A DNA stretch of 64,000 bases from Planctomycetota bacterium (GTDB taxonomy: Bacteria > Planctomycetota > UBA11346). Positions within the stretch are counted from its first letter, which is position 1. Each line of letters starts with the position of its first letter. The notes below the pieces were generated by a model. That model did not search any database, was not told the origin of the DNA, and worked only from the letters and a program-made list of their open reading frames with translations. The stretch spans positions 14,265 to 78,264 of the forward strand of contig JBBQSO010000015.1 in assembly GCA_038213805.1 (NCBI GenBank), read 5' to 3'. The position numbers were made by a program, and so were the translations under genes. Positions 1 to 8,625 of this stretch are shown here, one piece after another.

Positions 1-2
1 GC

Positions 3-1211
3 ATTGCCGCCGACGACGCGGCCATCACCGCCTGGCTGGACGGCGCGGTCAATTTCGAACGCAGCGGCGCCTTCGCCGGCATCCGCCTCGAGCGCATCGC
101 CCGCGCCCTTGCCGCGCTGCCGACGCCGCCTGCGCCGTGCACGGTGGCCGGAACCAAGGGCAAGGGCAGCACGGTGCGCCTGATTGAGGCCGCGCTGCTC
201 GCCCAGGGCGTGCCGGTGCTGGCATTCACCAGTCCGCACGTGCGCAGCGTGCGCGAACGCTGGCGTTGGGACGGCGTCCCCATCGACGTCACCAGCCTGG
301 CCGACGCCTGCGATGCGGTGGCTGCGCTGGAGGAGCGTCTCGGCGAGGCCCTGACCTGGTTCGAACGCACCTTCGCCATCGCCTGCCTGCTCGCCCGGGC
401 GCGCACCGGGACGCACTTTCTGGTCGAGGTCGGGCTCGGCGGCCGCCTCGACTGCGCCAACGCCCTCGACGCGCAGGTCGCGGTGCTGACCCACCTGTCC
501 CACGACCACCGCGACATTCTCGGTCCGACCCTGGAGCACATCGCGCGCGAAAAGCTCGCCGTCGCGCGCGCGGGCCGCCCGCTGCTGATTGCGCCGCAGA
601 CGCCGGCTGGCGCCGCGGCGATCCGCGCCGTGCTGGCCGCCCCGGGCGCTCCGACGCCGGCGGTGCGCTGGATCGACCCGCCGTCCGCGCCCTTTGCGCT
701 CGCCCTGCCCGGCGCGCACCAGCAGGACAACGCCGCCACCGCGCTGGCCGCGGCGGCCACCGTGCATCCCGGCCTGGACGTCGCAGCCGCGCGCCGCGCC
801 ATGGCCACTGCCACCCTCGCCGCGCGCTGCCAGCTGGTCGTGCGCGCCGGCCGCCGCCTGGTGGTCGATGGCGCGCACAACCGCGAGAGCATCGCCGCGA
901 CCCTCGCCACCGCTGCGGGCCTGCTGCGTCCGGGCTGGCGGCTGATCATCGCCCTGGCCGCCGACAAGGAGCTCGCCGAGATCGCCGAAGCAATCCCCGC
1001 GGACCTGGCGGTCACGCGCTGCGGCTACAGCAGCCCGCGCGCGCGCTGCGAACCCGACTGGCTGCCGGCGCAGCGCGCCTGGCCGTGGCACGACAGCATC
1101 GCGGCGGCGCTCGCGGCGCAGCCGGCGGAGGCGGACGTCTGCGTCACAGGCAGTCTCTACCTGGCGGGCGAGACCCTCGCCCTGCTCGGCGAGGAGCGTC
1201 TCGACGGTTGA
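3..1211 (+). CDS. folC: Folylpolyglutamate/dihydrofolate synthase (5' partial, starts before the window)
   Basis: Frame open from position 3 (IAADDAAITAWLDGAVNFER...). Motifs VAGTKGKGS, FTSPH, EVGLGGRLDCAN, DHRDILG, DGAHN, VTGSLYLAGE. Confidence 0.93.
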   Translation: MAADDAAITAWLDGAVNFERSGAFAGIRLERIARALAALPTPPAPCTVAGTKGKGSTVRLIEAALLAQGVPVLAFTSPHVRSVRERWRWDGVPIDVTSLADACDAVAALEERLGEALTWFERTFAIACLLARARTGTHFLVEVGLGGRLDCANALDAQVAVLTHLSHDHRDILGPTLEHIAREKLAVARAGRPLLIAPQTPAGAAAIRAVLAAPGAPTPAVRWIDPPSAPFALALPGAHQQDNAATALAAAATVHPGLDVAAARRAMATATLAARCQLVVRAGRRLVVDGAHNRESIAATLATAAGLLRPGWRLIIALAADKELAEIAEAIPADLAVTRCGYSSPRARCEPDWLPAQRAWPWHDSIAAALAAQPAEADVCVTGSLYLAGETLALLGEERLDG

Positions 1212-1385
1212 GGTGCGTTCGCGTCCCGGCCGCCAGGCGCCGCACCGACGTTGGGGATCGCGCGCGCAGCACGTGGCCGGCATGACCCGCAGACCTTGAC
1301 GTCCTGCCGGGGCGCTCCTGGACGGCAGGCAATCTGCTGGTAGCGTCCCTGTGCTCGCCCCGCCCGCCCCCTGGATAACATCGCC

Positions 1386-4300
1386 ATGACCACCCAGCTC
1401 GCCGATCTGATGACCCGTTGGTCCGCCTGCGCACGTCCCGTGCTGGCCGTTGTCGCGCTGCTCGCTCTGGTCGGGCCGGCCCGGGGAGAGGACTCCATCG
1501 TTACCATCGCTGGTGGGGGGGTATCGGGTGCTGCGGGCTACTCGGGTGATGGCAGTCCCGCCACCAGCACGCAGTTCAGCCTGGTCGGTGGCATCGCCTA
1601 CGGGCCTGGCGGGGACCTGTACATCGTCGCGCAGGGCGATCAGCGCATCTGCCGCGTCGCCGCAGCCACCGGCATCGTCAGCACCGTCGCCGGCACCGGG
1701 CACTACGGCTTCTCGGGGGATGGCGGACCGGCCACCGCGGCCGATCTCGCGAATCCGGCGCACATCGCCTTCGACCACGTGGGCAACCTGCTTATCGTCG
1801 ACCAGAACAACCACCGCATCCGTCAGGTGGCGGCTGCGACCGGGATCATCACCACCATCGCCGGCAGCGGCAATTCGTCGCTCACTCCAAACCCGTCCGG
1901 GTCCTTTTCCGGGGACGGCGGCCCAGCCACCGCGGCGACCTTCAACCAGCCGGTCGGGCTGCTGGTCCTCGGCAATGGCGACCTGCTGCTCACCGATATG
2001 CTGAACCAGCGCGTACGCCGCATCGTCGCCACCACTGGCATTATCACCACCGTCTGCGGCATCGGCCTGCCACCCATCCCGGGCAATCAGGTCCAGGGCG
2101 GGTTTTCCGGTGACGGCGGCCCGGCGATCAGTGCCGCGCTCAACATCCCCGTTGACCTGCAGGTCGATCAGGCCGGCAACATCTTCATCGCCGACCTGCG
2201 CAACAACCGCATCCGCCGCATCGCCGCCGCCACCGGCACGATCTCGACCATCGCCGGCAACGGTACCGCCATCACCACCACTGCGACCGGCGACGGCGGT
2301 CCGGCTACGGCGGCGATCCTCTTCAATCCGACCGCGCTGTTCATCGATGCGCACGGCGATCTGCTGATCGCGGTCGGCAACGACAACGACGCTATCCGCC
2401 GCGTCGACCACGTCACCGGCACCATCACCACCATCGCCGGCAGTTCGCTGCGGGGCTTTTCCGGCGACGGCGGCCCCGCGACCCAGGCGAAACTCAACCG
2501 CCCGACGACCATGTGCCTGGATCCGGCCGGAAACCTGGTGTTCTCGGATGGCAACAACTTCCGCGTCCGCAAGCTCGTCCCCGTGCCGCTGCTTGCGGCC
2601 GAGCACCCGGGGAACCCGCAGCCCGGCCTCATCTACTCCTACGTCGAAGGTGGCTGGAGCGTCCTTCCGGACTTCGCCAACCTGGCCCCGCTCGCGACTG
2701 GTACGGCTGCGCTCATCGACCTGACGCCGCGCCGGCGCGATACGCTCTACGCGCTGCGCTTCACCGGCTACGTGTTCGTGCCAGCGGATGGGATTTATAC
2801 CTTCTCCACCACCTCCGACGACGGCAGCCGGCTGCGGGTCGGTGGGACGCTGGTGGTCGACAATGATGGCAAGCATGCGGCGCAGGAGCGCACCGGCACC
2901 GTCGGTCTGGCGGCCGGCCTGCACGCGCTTACCGTCGACTATTTCCAGAACGGCGGCGGTGCCACGCTTATGGTGACCTACGCCGGTCCTGGAGTGGCCA
3001 AGCAGGCCATTCCAGGCGGCGCCCTCGTCCATGAGGCCGGTGACCAGTCGCCGTCCGAGTTCATCGACGCCAACGTCACCGATCCGCTCGTCGAGCTCGG
3101 TGGGCGCACCTACTTCGGCGCCACCACCAGCGCCACCGGGAGCGAAGTGTGGTCCACGGACGGCACGACCGCTGGAACGCGGGTGGTCGCGGACCTCAAC
3201 GAGGGACCGGCCGACAGTGCGCCGCGGCACCTGACACTGCTGGGCGGCCGTATGTATTTCACCGCCAATGACGGCGTTTCCGGGCGCGAGCTGTACACCA
3301 GCGACGGCACCGCCGCCGGCACCCGCATGGTGGTCGACCTTGCGGCCGGCAGTTCCTCTTCGAATCCCGCGCACCTCTTCGCGCTCGGCGCGCGCTTGGT
3401 GTTCAGCGCCTTCCAGCCCGGCATCGGCTGGCGCCTGTGGGCGAGTGACGGCAGCGCGGCCGGCACCGTGCTGCTCAAGGACATCGACCCGTCGCCGAGC
3501 GCGGACGAGTTCTCGTACAACTGGCACCACGTCTTCTGCGTGGTGGGCAGCAAGCTGTTCTTCAACGGCACCGATCCGCTGCACGGCAGCGCGCTGTGGG
3601 TGACCGACGGAACCGCCGCCGGCACGCGGCTGGTCCGCAACACCGCCGCCGGCGCGCCGGGGATGGAGCCGATCTCGATGACCGCTTTCGCCGGGAAGCT
3701 GTACTACACCTCGCGCACCGCCAACAGCACCATCTGGCTCAGTGACGGCAGCGACGCTGGCACCAGGCAGTTCAGCGCCCTGACCTACTTTAACGACTTC
3801 AACACCGCGGTGGGCGGCCTGCTCTACACTCGCGGCACCACCGATTCCTTCAACAACGGCATCTGGGTCACCGACGGCGATCCCGCGCACCAGACGCAGC
3901 TCAGCACCACGCTGAGCGCGACGCAGTTTTACGCCGCCCTGGGTACGACGGTGTTCATGAACCCCGATGCGCCGTCGCAGTTCCCGTACCGGCCGCTCGC
4001 CACTACGACTGGTACTCCGGCCAGCACCGGGGTGCTGGCGCCAGTGTCGTGCGACCTTCCCTTCGTTGTGGGCAGCCGCTTGTTCTTCACCTCCGGCGCT
4101 GAGTTGTGGCGTAGTGACGGCACCGCCAGTGGCACCGCCCTGGTCACCAGTCGCATCGCGTCGCCGGTAACGGTCGGCGCGCGCGGCGCACTGGCGCTGG
4201 TCGCGCAGCGCAACGATGCCCGGCGTTACAGCGTGCTATGGGCGAGCGACGGCACCGACGCGGGCACCGTGCCGCTGCTGAGCGGCACCACCATTTCGGT

Positions 4301-5870
4301 CGCCTTCCCCGACACCTTTCATTTCGTCGGCACCGCGTCTGCGGAGGTGGCCATTCTCGGCGTCGCCAGCGACGAATATGGCGGCATCGACCACGTCGCC
4401 TTTACCATGAGTGGTGCGACCACAGGGGGTGGTGCCGCGAACGGCGGGGTCAGCAGCGCACCCGGGAATGTTGCCTGGTCCGTCTTTCCGACGGTGAACG
4501 TCGGAGAGACCTTCGTAACCATCACCGCCACCTCGACGATCGGCACCACCGCGTCCGTCGTGATGGATGTCGTGCGGTCGATAAACGGCGGCCCGGTCGT
4601 CGCGATTACCGCGCCCACTTCCGGCGCTACATGGACCACGAGCGTTGCCAGCGTGCCGATCGCCGGCACCGCCACCGGTCCTTCCCCGATCAGAAGAGTC
4701 GACTACGTGCTGAGCGGTGCGACCAACCTGTCAACCCAGGCCACCGGGACCTCGGCTTGGAACTTCACGGCGCTTCTCACGCCGGGTCAGACGCGGGTGA
4801 TGGTCATCGCAAGCGATAGCGCGGGTAGCCTCGCCACACGTTCGTTCTTCGTGACGTATACCGACCTGGTCCCGGCCGAGCACCCAAGCGCGACCCAGCC
4901 CGGGCTCGCCTACGCGTACGCAGAGGGGGCGTGGAACACGCTGCCGGACTTCACCACCCTGGCTCCGACTGCGACCGGCACCGCCGCGCAGATCGACCTG
5001 ACGCCGCGCCGGCGCGACACGCTCTACGCGCTGCGCTTCACCGGGTACGTGTCGGTGCCGGCGGATGGGGTGTACACCTTCGCCACGACCTCCGACGATG
5101 GCAGCAACCTGATCGTTGGCGGGACCCTGGTGGTCGACAACGACGGTAAGCACGTGGCGCAGCGGCGCTCCGGCACCATCGGCCTGCAGGCGGGCCTGCA
5201 CGCGGTCGCCGCCGAGTTCTTCCAGGGCGGCGGCGGCGCCACCTTGAGCGTGACGTGGTCGGGTCCCGGCTTCATCGAGCAGGTCATCCCGGTCTCCGCC
5301 TGGAGCCACGCGCAGCCACCCGGCGGTGGCATCCTGCGCGAGTTCTGGAGCGGTGTGCCGGGGAAGACGGTCGCATCGCTGACCAGCTGGCCTGCCTTCC
5401 CGCTGGCGCCAAGCGGTACCAGCCTGCAGCCCGCCTTCGTCGCGCCGAGCAACTGGGCCGACACCTACGGCACGCGCATGCGCGGCTACGTCACCGCGCC
5501 GCTCAGCGGCATGTACACCTTCTGGATCGCAGGCGACGACCAGTGCGAGCTGTGGCTGAGTCCGTTCACCGGACTCGAGCAGGACAAGCTGCTGATCGCG
5601 ACCGTGCCGAGCGCGACCGCGCCGCTGGCGTGGAACACCTTCCCGCAGCAGCGCTCGGCGACCATCGCGTTGACGGCGGGCCAGTCCTACTACATCGAAG
5701 CGCTGCAGAAGGAGGGTTTCGGCGGCGACTGCCTGGCCGTGGGCTGGCAGCTCCCCGATGCCAGCTTCGAACGGCCCATCCCCGGACTGCGCCTCACCCC
5801 GGCGCTGGTCGGATCAGCGCGACTGGAGGCGAGTCCGATCGGATCCGCCACCCAGCCAGCGCAGCGCTGA
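1386..5870 (+). CDS. Large secreted multidomain protein: NHL/teneurin-like propeller, PA14, ELWxxDGT-repeat propeller, Ig-like domains, two further PA14 domains
   Basis: Signal peptide (VLAVVALLALVGPARG). Repeated GFSGDGGPAT units. PA14 motifs (YALRFTGY...YTFSTTSDDGS; YGTRMRGY...GDDQCEL). Repeated ELWxSDGTAAGT units. Confidence 0.88.
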   Translation: MTTQLADLMTRWSACARPVLAVVALLALVGPARGEDSIVTIAGGGVSGAAGYSGDGSPATSTQFSLVGGIAYGPGGDLYIVAQGDQRICRVAAATGIVSTVAGTGHYGFSGDGGPATAADLANPAHIAFDHVGNLLIVDQNNHRIRQVAAATGIITTIAGSGNSSLTPNPSGSFSGDGGPATAATFNQPVGLLVLGNGDLLLTDMLNQRVRRIVATTGIITTVCGIGLPPIPGNQVQGGFSGDGGPAISAALNIPVDLQVDQAGNIFIADLRNNRIRRIAAATGTISTIAGNGTAITTTATGDGGPATAAILFNPTALFIDAHGDLLIAVGNDNDAIRRVDHVTGTITTIAGSSLRGFSGDGGPATQAKLNRPTTMCLDPAGNLVFSDGNNFRVRKLVPVPLLAAEHPGNPQPGLIYSYVEGGWSVLPDFANLAPLATGTAALIDLTPRRRDTLYALRFTGYVFVPADGIYTFSTTSDDGSRLRVGGTLVVDNDGKHAAQERTGTVGLAAGLHALTVDYFQNGGGATLMVTYAGPGVAKQAIPGGALVHEAGDQSPSEFIDANVTDPLVELGGRTYFGATTSATGSEVWSTDGTTAGTRVVADLNEGPADSAPRHLTLLGGRMYFTANDGVSGRELYTSDGTAAGTRMVVDLAAGSSSSNPAHLFALGARLVFSAFQPGIGWRLWASDGSAAGTVLLKDIDPSPSADEFSYNWHHVFCVVGSKLFFNGTDPLHGSALWVTDGTAAGTRLVRNTAAGAPGMEPISMTAFAGKLYYTSRTANSTIWLSDGSDAGTRQFSALTYFNDFNTAVGGLLYTRGTTDSFNNGIWVTDGDPAHQTQLSTTLSATQFYAALGTTVFMNPDAPSQFPYRPLATTTGTPASTGVLAPVSCDLPFVVGSRLFFTSGAELWRSDGTASGTALVTSRIASPVTVGARGALALVAQRNDARRYSVLWASDGTDAGTVPLLSGTTISVAFPDTFHFVGTASAEVAILGVASDEYGGIDHVAFTMSGATTGGGAANGGVSSAPGNVAWSVFPTVNVGETFVTITATSTIGTTASVVMDVVRSINGGPVVAITAPTSGATWTTSVASVPIAGTATGPSPIRRVDYVLSGATNLSTQATGTSAWNFTALLTPGQTRVMVIASDSAGSLATRSFFVTYTDLVPAEHPSATQPGLAYAYAEGAWNTLPDFTTLAPTATGTAAQIDLTPRRRDTLYALRFTGYVSVPADGVYTFATTSDDGSNLIVGGTLVVDNDGKHVAQRRSGTIGLQAGLHAVAAEFFQGGGGATLSVTWSGPGFIEQVIPVSAWSHAQPPGGGILREFWSGVPGKTVASLTSWPAFPLAPSGTSLQPAFVAPSNWADTYGTRMRGYVTAPLSGMYTFWIAGDDQCELWLSPFTGLEQDKLLIATVPSATAPLAWNTFPQQRSATIALTAGQSYYIEALQKEGFGGDCLAVGWQLPDASFERPIPGLRLTPALVGSARLEASPIGSATQPAQR
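2598..5291 (+). repeat. Intragenic direct duplication of a ~420-bp PA14 module (2598-3014 and 4875-5291)
   Basis: Both copies read AEHP...QPGL.Y.Y.EG.W..LPDF..LAP.ATGTAA.IDLTPRRRDTLYALRFTGYV, with long identical DNA stretches (e.g. atcgacctgacgccgcgccggcgcga). Confidence 0.9.
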
Positions 5871-6009
5871 CCCCAGCGCCGCGGGGGCGCTGGTCGGATG
5901 GTCGTCGTGGGCGCACTCGTTGGCGCTGCCGCGAGGGTGTGCGCCGGTGGGGCATGCGGATTCCGCCACGACCCGGGCGCTCTGCGCTCTGCGCCAATGA
6001 GGCTGGCGC

Positions 6010-6768
6010 TCAACGCGCTGCGGTGAGGCGTTCTTCGGTCTGCTTGGCGAGGTCGAGAGCGCCCGGTTCGCCCCGGCGCGCGGCTTCGAGCTGGTGTAGC
6101 AGTTCCAGGCGCAGGTCGGCTGCGGGACTGCGCGCCCCATTCATCGCGGTGGCCGGCGCGGGGGTGCCGTGCGCGTCGACGGTGCGCGCGGCGACCGGCG
6201 CCACGCGTTGGGCACTGCCTGTGGTGGCGGCGGCCGCTGCCGGCGCCGCCGCCGCCGCGAGCGGCGCGCGGCGCAGCTGCGCGGCCTTGGCGGCGGTGAC
6301 CAGGGATTCTCCCGACCACAGCCGCAGGCGTGCGACCTCCTGGTCGCCGTCGCGGGTCGGGCGCACGGCGTGCACGTCGAGCCAGTCGGCCGCTCCTACC
6401 ACGCGCCCGCCCGGGATCGCGTACTCGCCGGCGCCGTGGCCACCGGCGAGGTAGAGGCGCACGCCGTTGTCGAGGTCGATGGCTGCCGAGCCGCGCGCCG
6501 GATCAGCCTGGGCAGCAACCACCGCGGCGATGCCGCGCGGCAGGCCGGCGACATCGCCGACGACCTGGTCGGGCGCGATCGCCAGCCAGCCCTGGGAATC
6601 GCCGTCGGCGAGTTCGGTGGGCGCGGCAGGCGCGGAGCGTGCGAGGTGCCACGTGCCGGTGCAGGGCAGGGCCGTGGTGCGGGCGCTGCCGCAACCGCCC
6701 AGCGCGAGGGGCAGTGCGGCGGCGAAAAGCAGCGTGGCGGGGAAGGGGCGGCGCAGGGGCGTGGTCAT
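6010..6768 (-). CDS. Putative lipoprotein of unknown function
   Basis: ATG at 6768 with GGGGAG upstream. Basic N-terminus, hydrophobic stretch and lipobox LGGC. Ala/Pro linker before a C-terminal helix. Lies 16 bp downstream of the pstS-like gene. Confidence 0.7.
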   Translation of the reverse strand: MTTPLRRPFPATLLFAAALPLALGGCGSARTTALPCTGTWHLARSAPAAPTELADGDSQGWLAIAPDQVVGDVAGLPRGIAAVVAAQADPARGSAAIDLDNGVRLYLAGGHGAGEYAIPGGRVVGAADWLDVHAVRPTRDGDQEVARLRLWSGESLVTAAKAAQLRRAPLAAAAAPAAAAATTGSAQRVAPVAARTVDAHGTPAPATAMNGARSPAADLRLELLHQLEAARRGEPGALDLAKQTEERLTAAR

Positions 6769-6784
6769 GGCATGCTCCCCGCGC

Positions 6785-8386
6785 TCAGCGCAGCACCAGC
6801 CCACCGCGGGCGTAGGCGAGGATGACGTCGAGGTCGGCCTTGCCGCGGCCAAGGGCGGCGACCGCCTCGGTGAAGCGGCCCACGTTTCCGCCCGCGCTGC
6901 GCAGCGCGCCGGCCAGGGTGCGGCGCTGCTGGGGATCGCCGGCCAGCGCCGCGCGGCGGAAGGCGGCGAGTGCGGTTTCGTCGAGCACGCCCCGGGCGCG
7001 CTCGGTCAGCGTCAGGCGGTCGAGCAGCGCAGCGTAGGGCGCGTCACCGGCGACCGCCTCCAGGCCCGCGTTCTCGGCGTCGTTGACGGTCGCCGGCCGG
7101 CCGCCTGCGCCATCGGGCGTGGCCAGGATCAACTCGGCGGTGCGCGTGTGCAGCTCGCGCGCGCGGCGCTCGAGTTCGGTCAGGGGTGTGGCGCCGTCCA
7201 GGGCGAGACGCGCCAGCACCAGGCTGTCGTCACGCACGCGGTCGAGTGCGCTGCGCAGGTCATCGCCGCCCGGAGCCACGGCGCGGCTGGCGACCGGGGC
7301 GGCCTGGGCGACCGGCGCTGCGGCGATTGGCGCTGCGGGCGTGGTGCGCACCGTCGGCGCGCTGGCGATCGGCGCCACCGGCGCCGCGGTCACCGCTGCG
7401 CTGGGTGCGGCCGCCACCGGCTTGACGCCCATCAGCTCCTCCAGGCGCTGCCCGGACTTGGCGCCGGCGAACAGCGAACCGGTGGTGCGCGCCATCCAGC
7501 GCGCGCGGGCGAGACCGTCGAGGCGCTCGCCGAGCGGCACGTAGCCGACCTGGGTGACCAGCTGCGGCACCAGGCGCAGGAAGGCGTCGACGAACTGCGC
7601 GACCGGCTCGCGCGCGGCGGCAACCTTGCTGATGTAGATGAACAGCGGCCGCGACAGCGGGCGGTAGGCACCGCTGGTGATGGTCTCGGCGGTGGGCGCG
7701 ATGGGGCCCTGGCCGTTGTCGATCGGCACTGCGCGCAGCACCGCCTCGTTCTCCTTGAGGAAGGCGTAGCCGAAGTAGCCGAGCGCGTAGTCGTTGCCGG
7801 CGATGCCGCCGACCAGCGGGTCGTTATCGGTGCTGACGATGTAGTCCGGGCGGATGGCACGCGTTTCGCCGATCACCACTTCGGTGAAGAAGTCGAAGGT
7901 GCCGGAGTCCTTGCCCTTGCCGTACAGCGCGATCGGCTCGTCGGGCCAGCCCGCGCGCAGCTGCGACCAGCGCATGATCGTGCTGCCCGGCTTCCACAGC
8001 TGGCGCAGCTCCTCCACGGTGAGCTTGTCGACGAAGGTGTTGCGCCGATTGATGGCCACGGTCACGCCGTCGAAGGCGATCGGCAGCTCGATCAGCTCGA
8101 TGCCGTTCTGCGCTGCCTTGGCGAGCTCGTCGGGGCGCACCGGGCGCGAGGAGTTGGCGATCGGGATCTCGCCCGCGATCAGGCGGCGCAGGCCGGCGGT
8201 GCTGCCCGAGCACACCACCTCGGCAGCGAGCTGCGGGTTCTGCTGCGCGATCTTCTCGGCGACCGCGATGGTGATCGGGTAGACGGTGCTCGAGCCCTCG
8301 ATGGCGATGGCGTGCGCGCCTTCCGCGGCGGCGAGGGCGTGGACGCCCAGGACGGTGAGGAGGAGGGCGGTCTGGATGAGGCGCAT
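6785..8386 (-). CDS. pstS: PstS-family phosphate-binding protein with a long C-terminal extension
   Basis: Signal peptide, IEGSSTVYPI, IANSSRP, AFDGVTV, DSGTFDFF, GYFGYA, YRPLSRPLFIY. Start taken at MRLIQ (8386). Confidence 0.88.
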   Translation of the reverse strand: MRLIQTALLLTVLGVHALAAAEGAHAIAIEGSSTVYPITIAVAEKIAQQNPQLAAEVVCSGSTAGLRRLIAGEIPIANSSRPVRPDELAKAAQNGIELIELPIAFDGVTVAINRRNTFVDKLTVEELRQLWKPGSTIMRWSQLRAGWPDEPIALYGKGKDSGTFDFFTEVVIGETRAIRPDYIVSTDNDPLVGGIAGNDYALGYFGYAFLKENEAVLRAVPIDNGQGPIAPTAETITSGAYRPLSRPLFIYISKVAAAREPVAQFVDAFLRLVPQLVTQVGYVPLGERLDGLARARWMARTTGSLFAGAKSGQRLEELMGVKPVAAAPSAAVTAAPVAPIASAPTVRTTPAAPIAAAPVAQAAPVASRAVAPGGDDLRSALDRVRDDSLVLARLALDGATPLTELERRARELHTRTAELILATPDGAGGRPATVNDAENAGLEAVAGDAPYAALLDRLTLTERARGVLDETALAAFRRAALAGDPQQRRTLAGALRSAGGNVGRFTEAVAALGRGKADLDVILAYARGGLVLR

Positions 8387-8479
8387 GGGCAGGCCGTGGG
8401 CAAGGGGGTGAGGCACGAGGCTCCGGGAGCACGGGGGTGGTTCCGGAGCGCGGTAGGAAAGCCAGTCTGGGGTGGGTTC

Positions 8480-8507
8480 GTGAAGATCCCGTGTTGATGG
8501 GATGAAG
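8480..8507 (-). promoter_or_regulatory. Pho-box-like direct repeats upstream of pstS
   Basis: On the minus strand CTTCAT, CAACAC and CTTCAC occur at exact 11-bp spacing ~95-120 bp upstream of pstS. The 11-bp period is typical of PhoB/OmpR-family sites. Confidence 0.45.
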
Positions 8508-8625
8508 CGGATCGACGGCCAGGCGACCGTGGCCTGCCAATGCGTGGCGCACGCTTCACCGCACCTACTTCATTCCTTCATCATCTTGCGCACGGTACCC
8601 AATTCATTCCGTCCTGGATCGTTGC

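Noticed and set aside
1285..1340. Hairpin upstream of the large secreted protein as a riboswitch
   Set aside because: The stem is plausible (CCTGCCG/CGGCAGG) but there is no recognisable aptamer motif.
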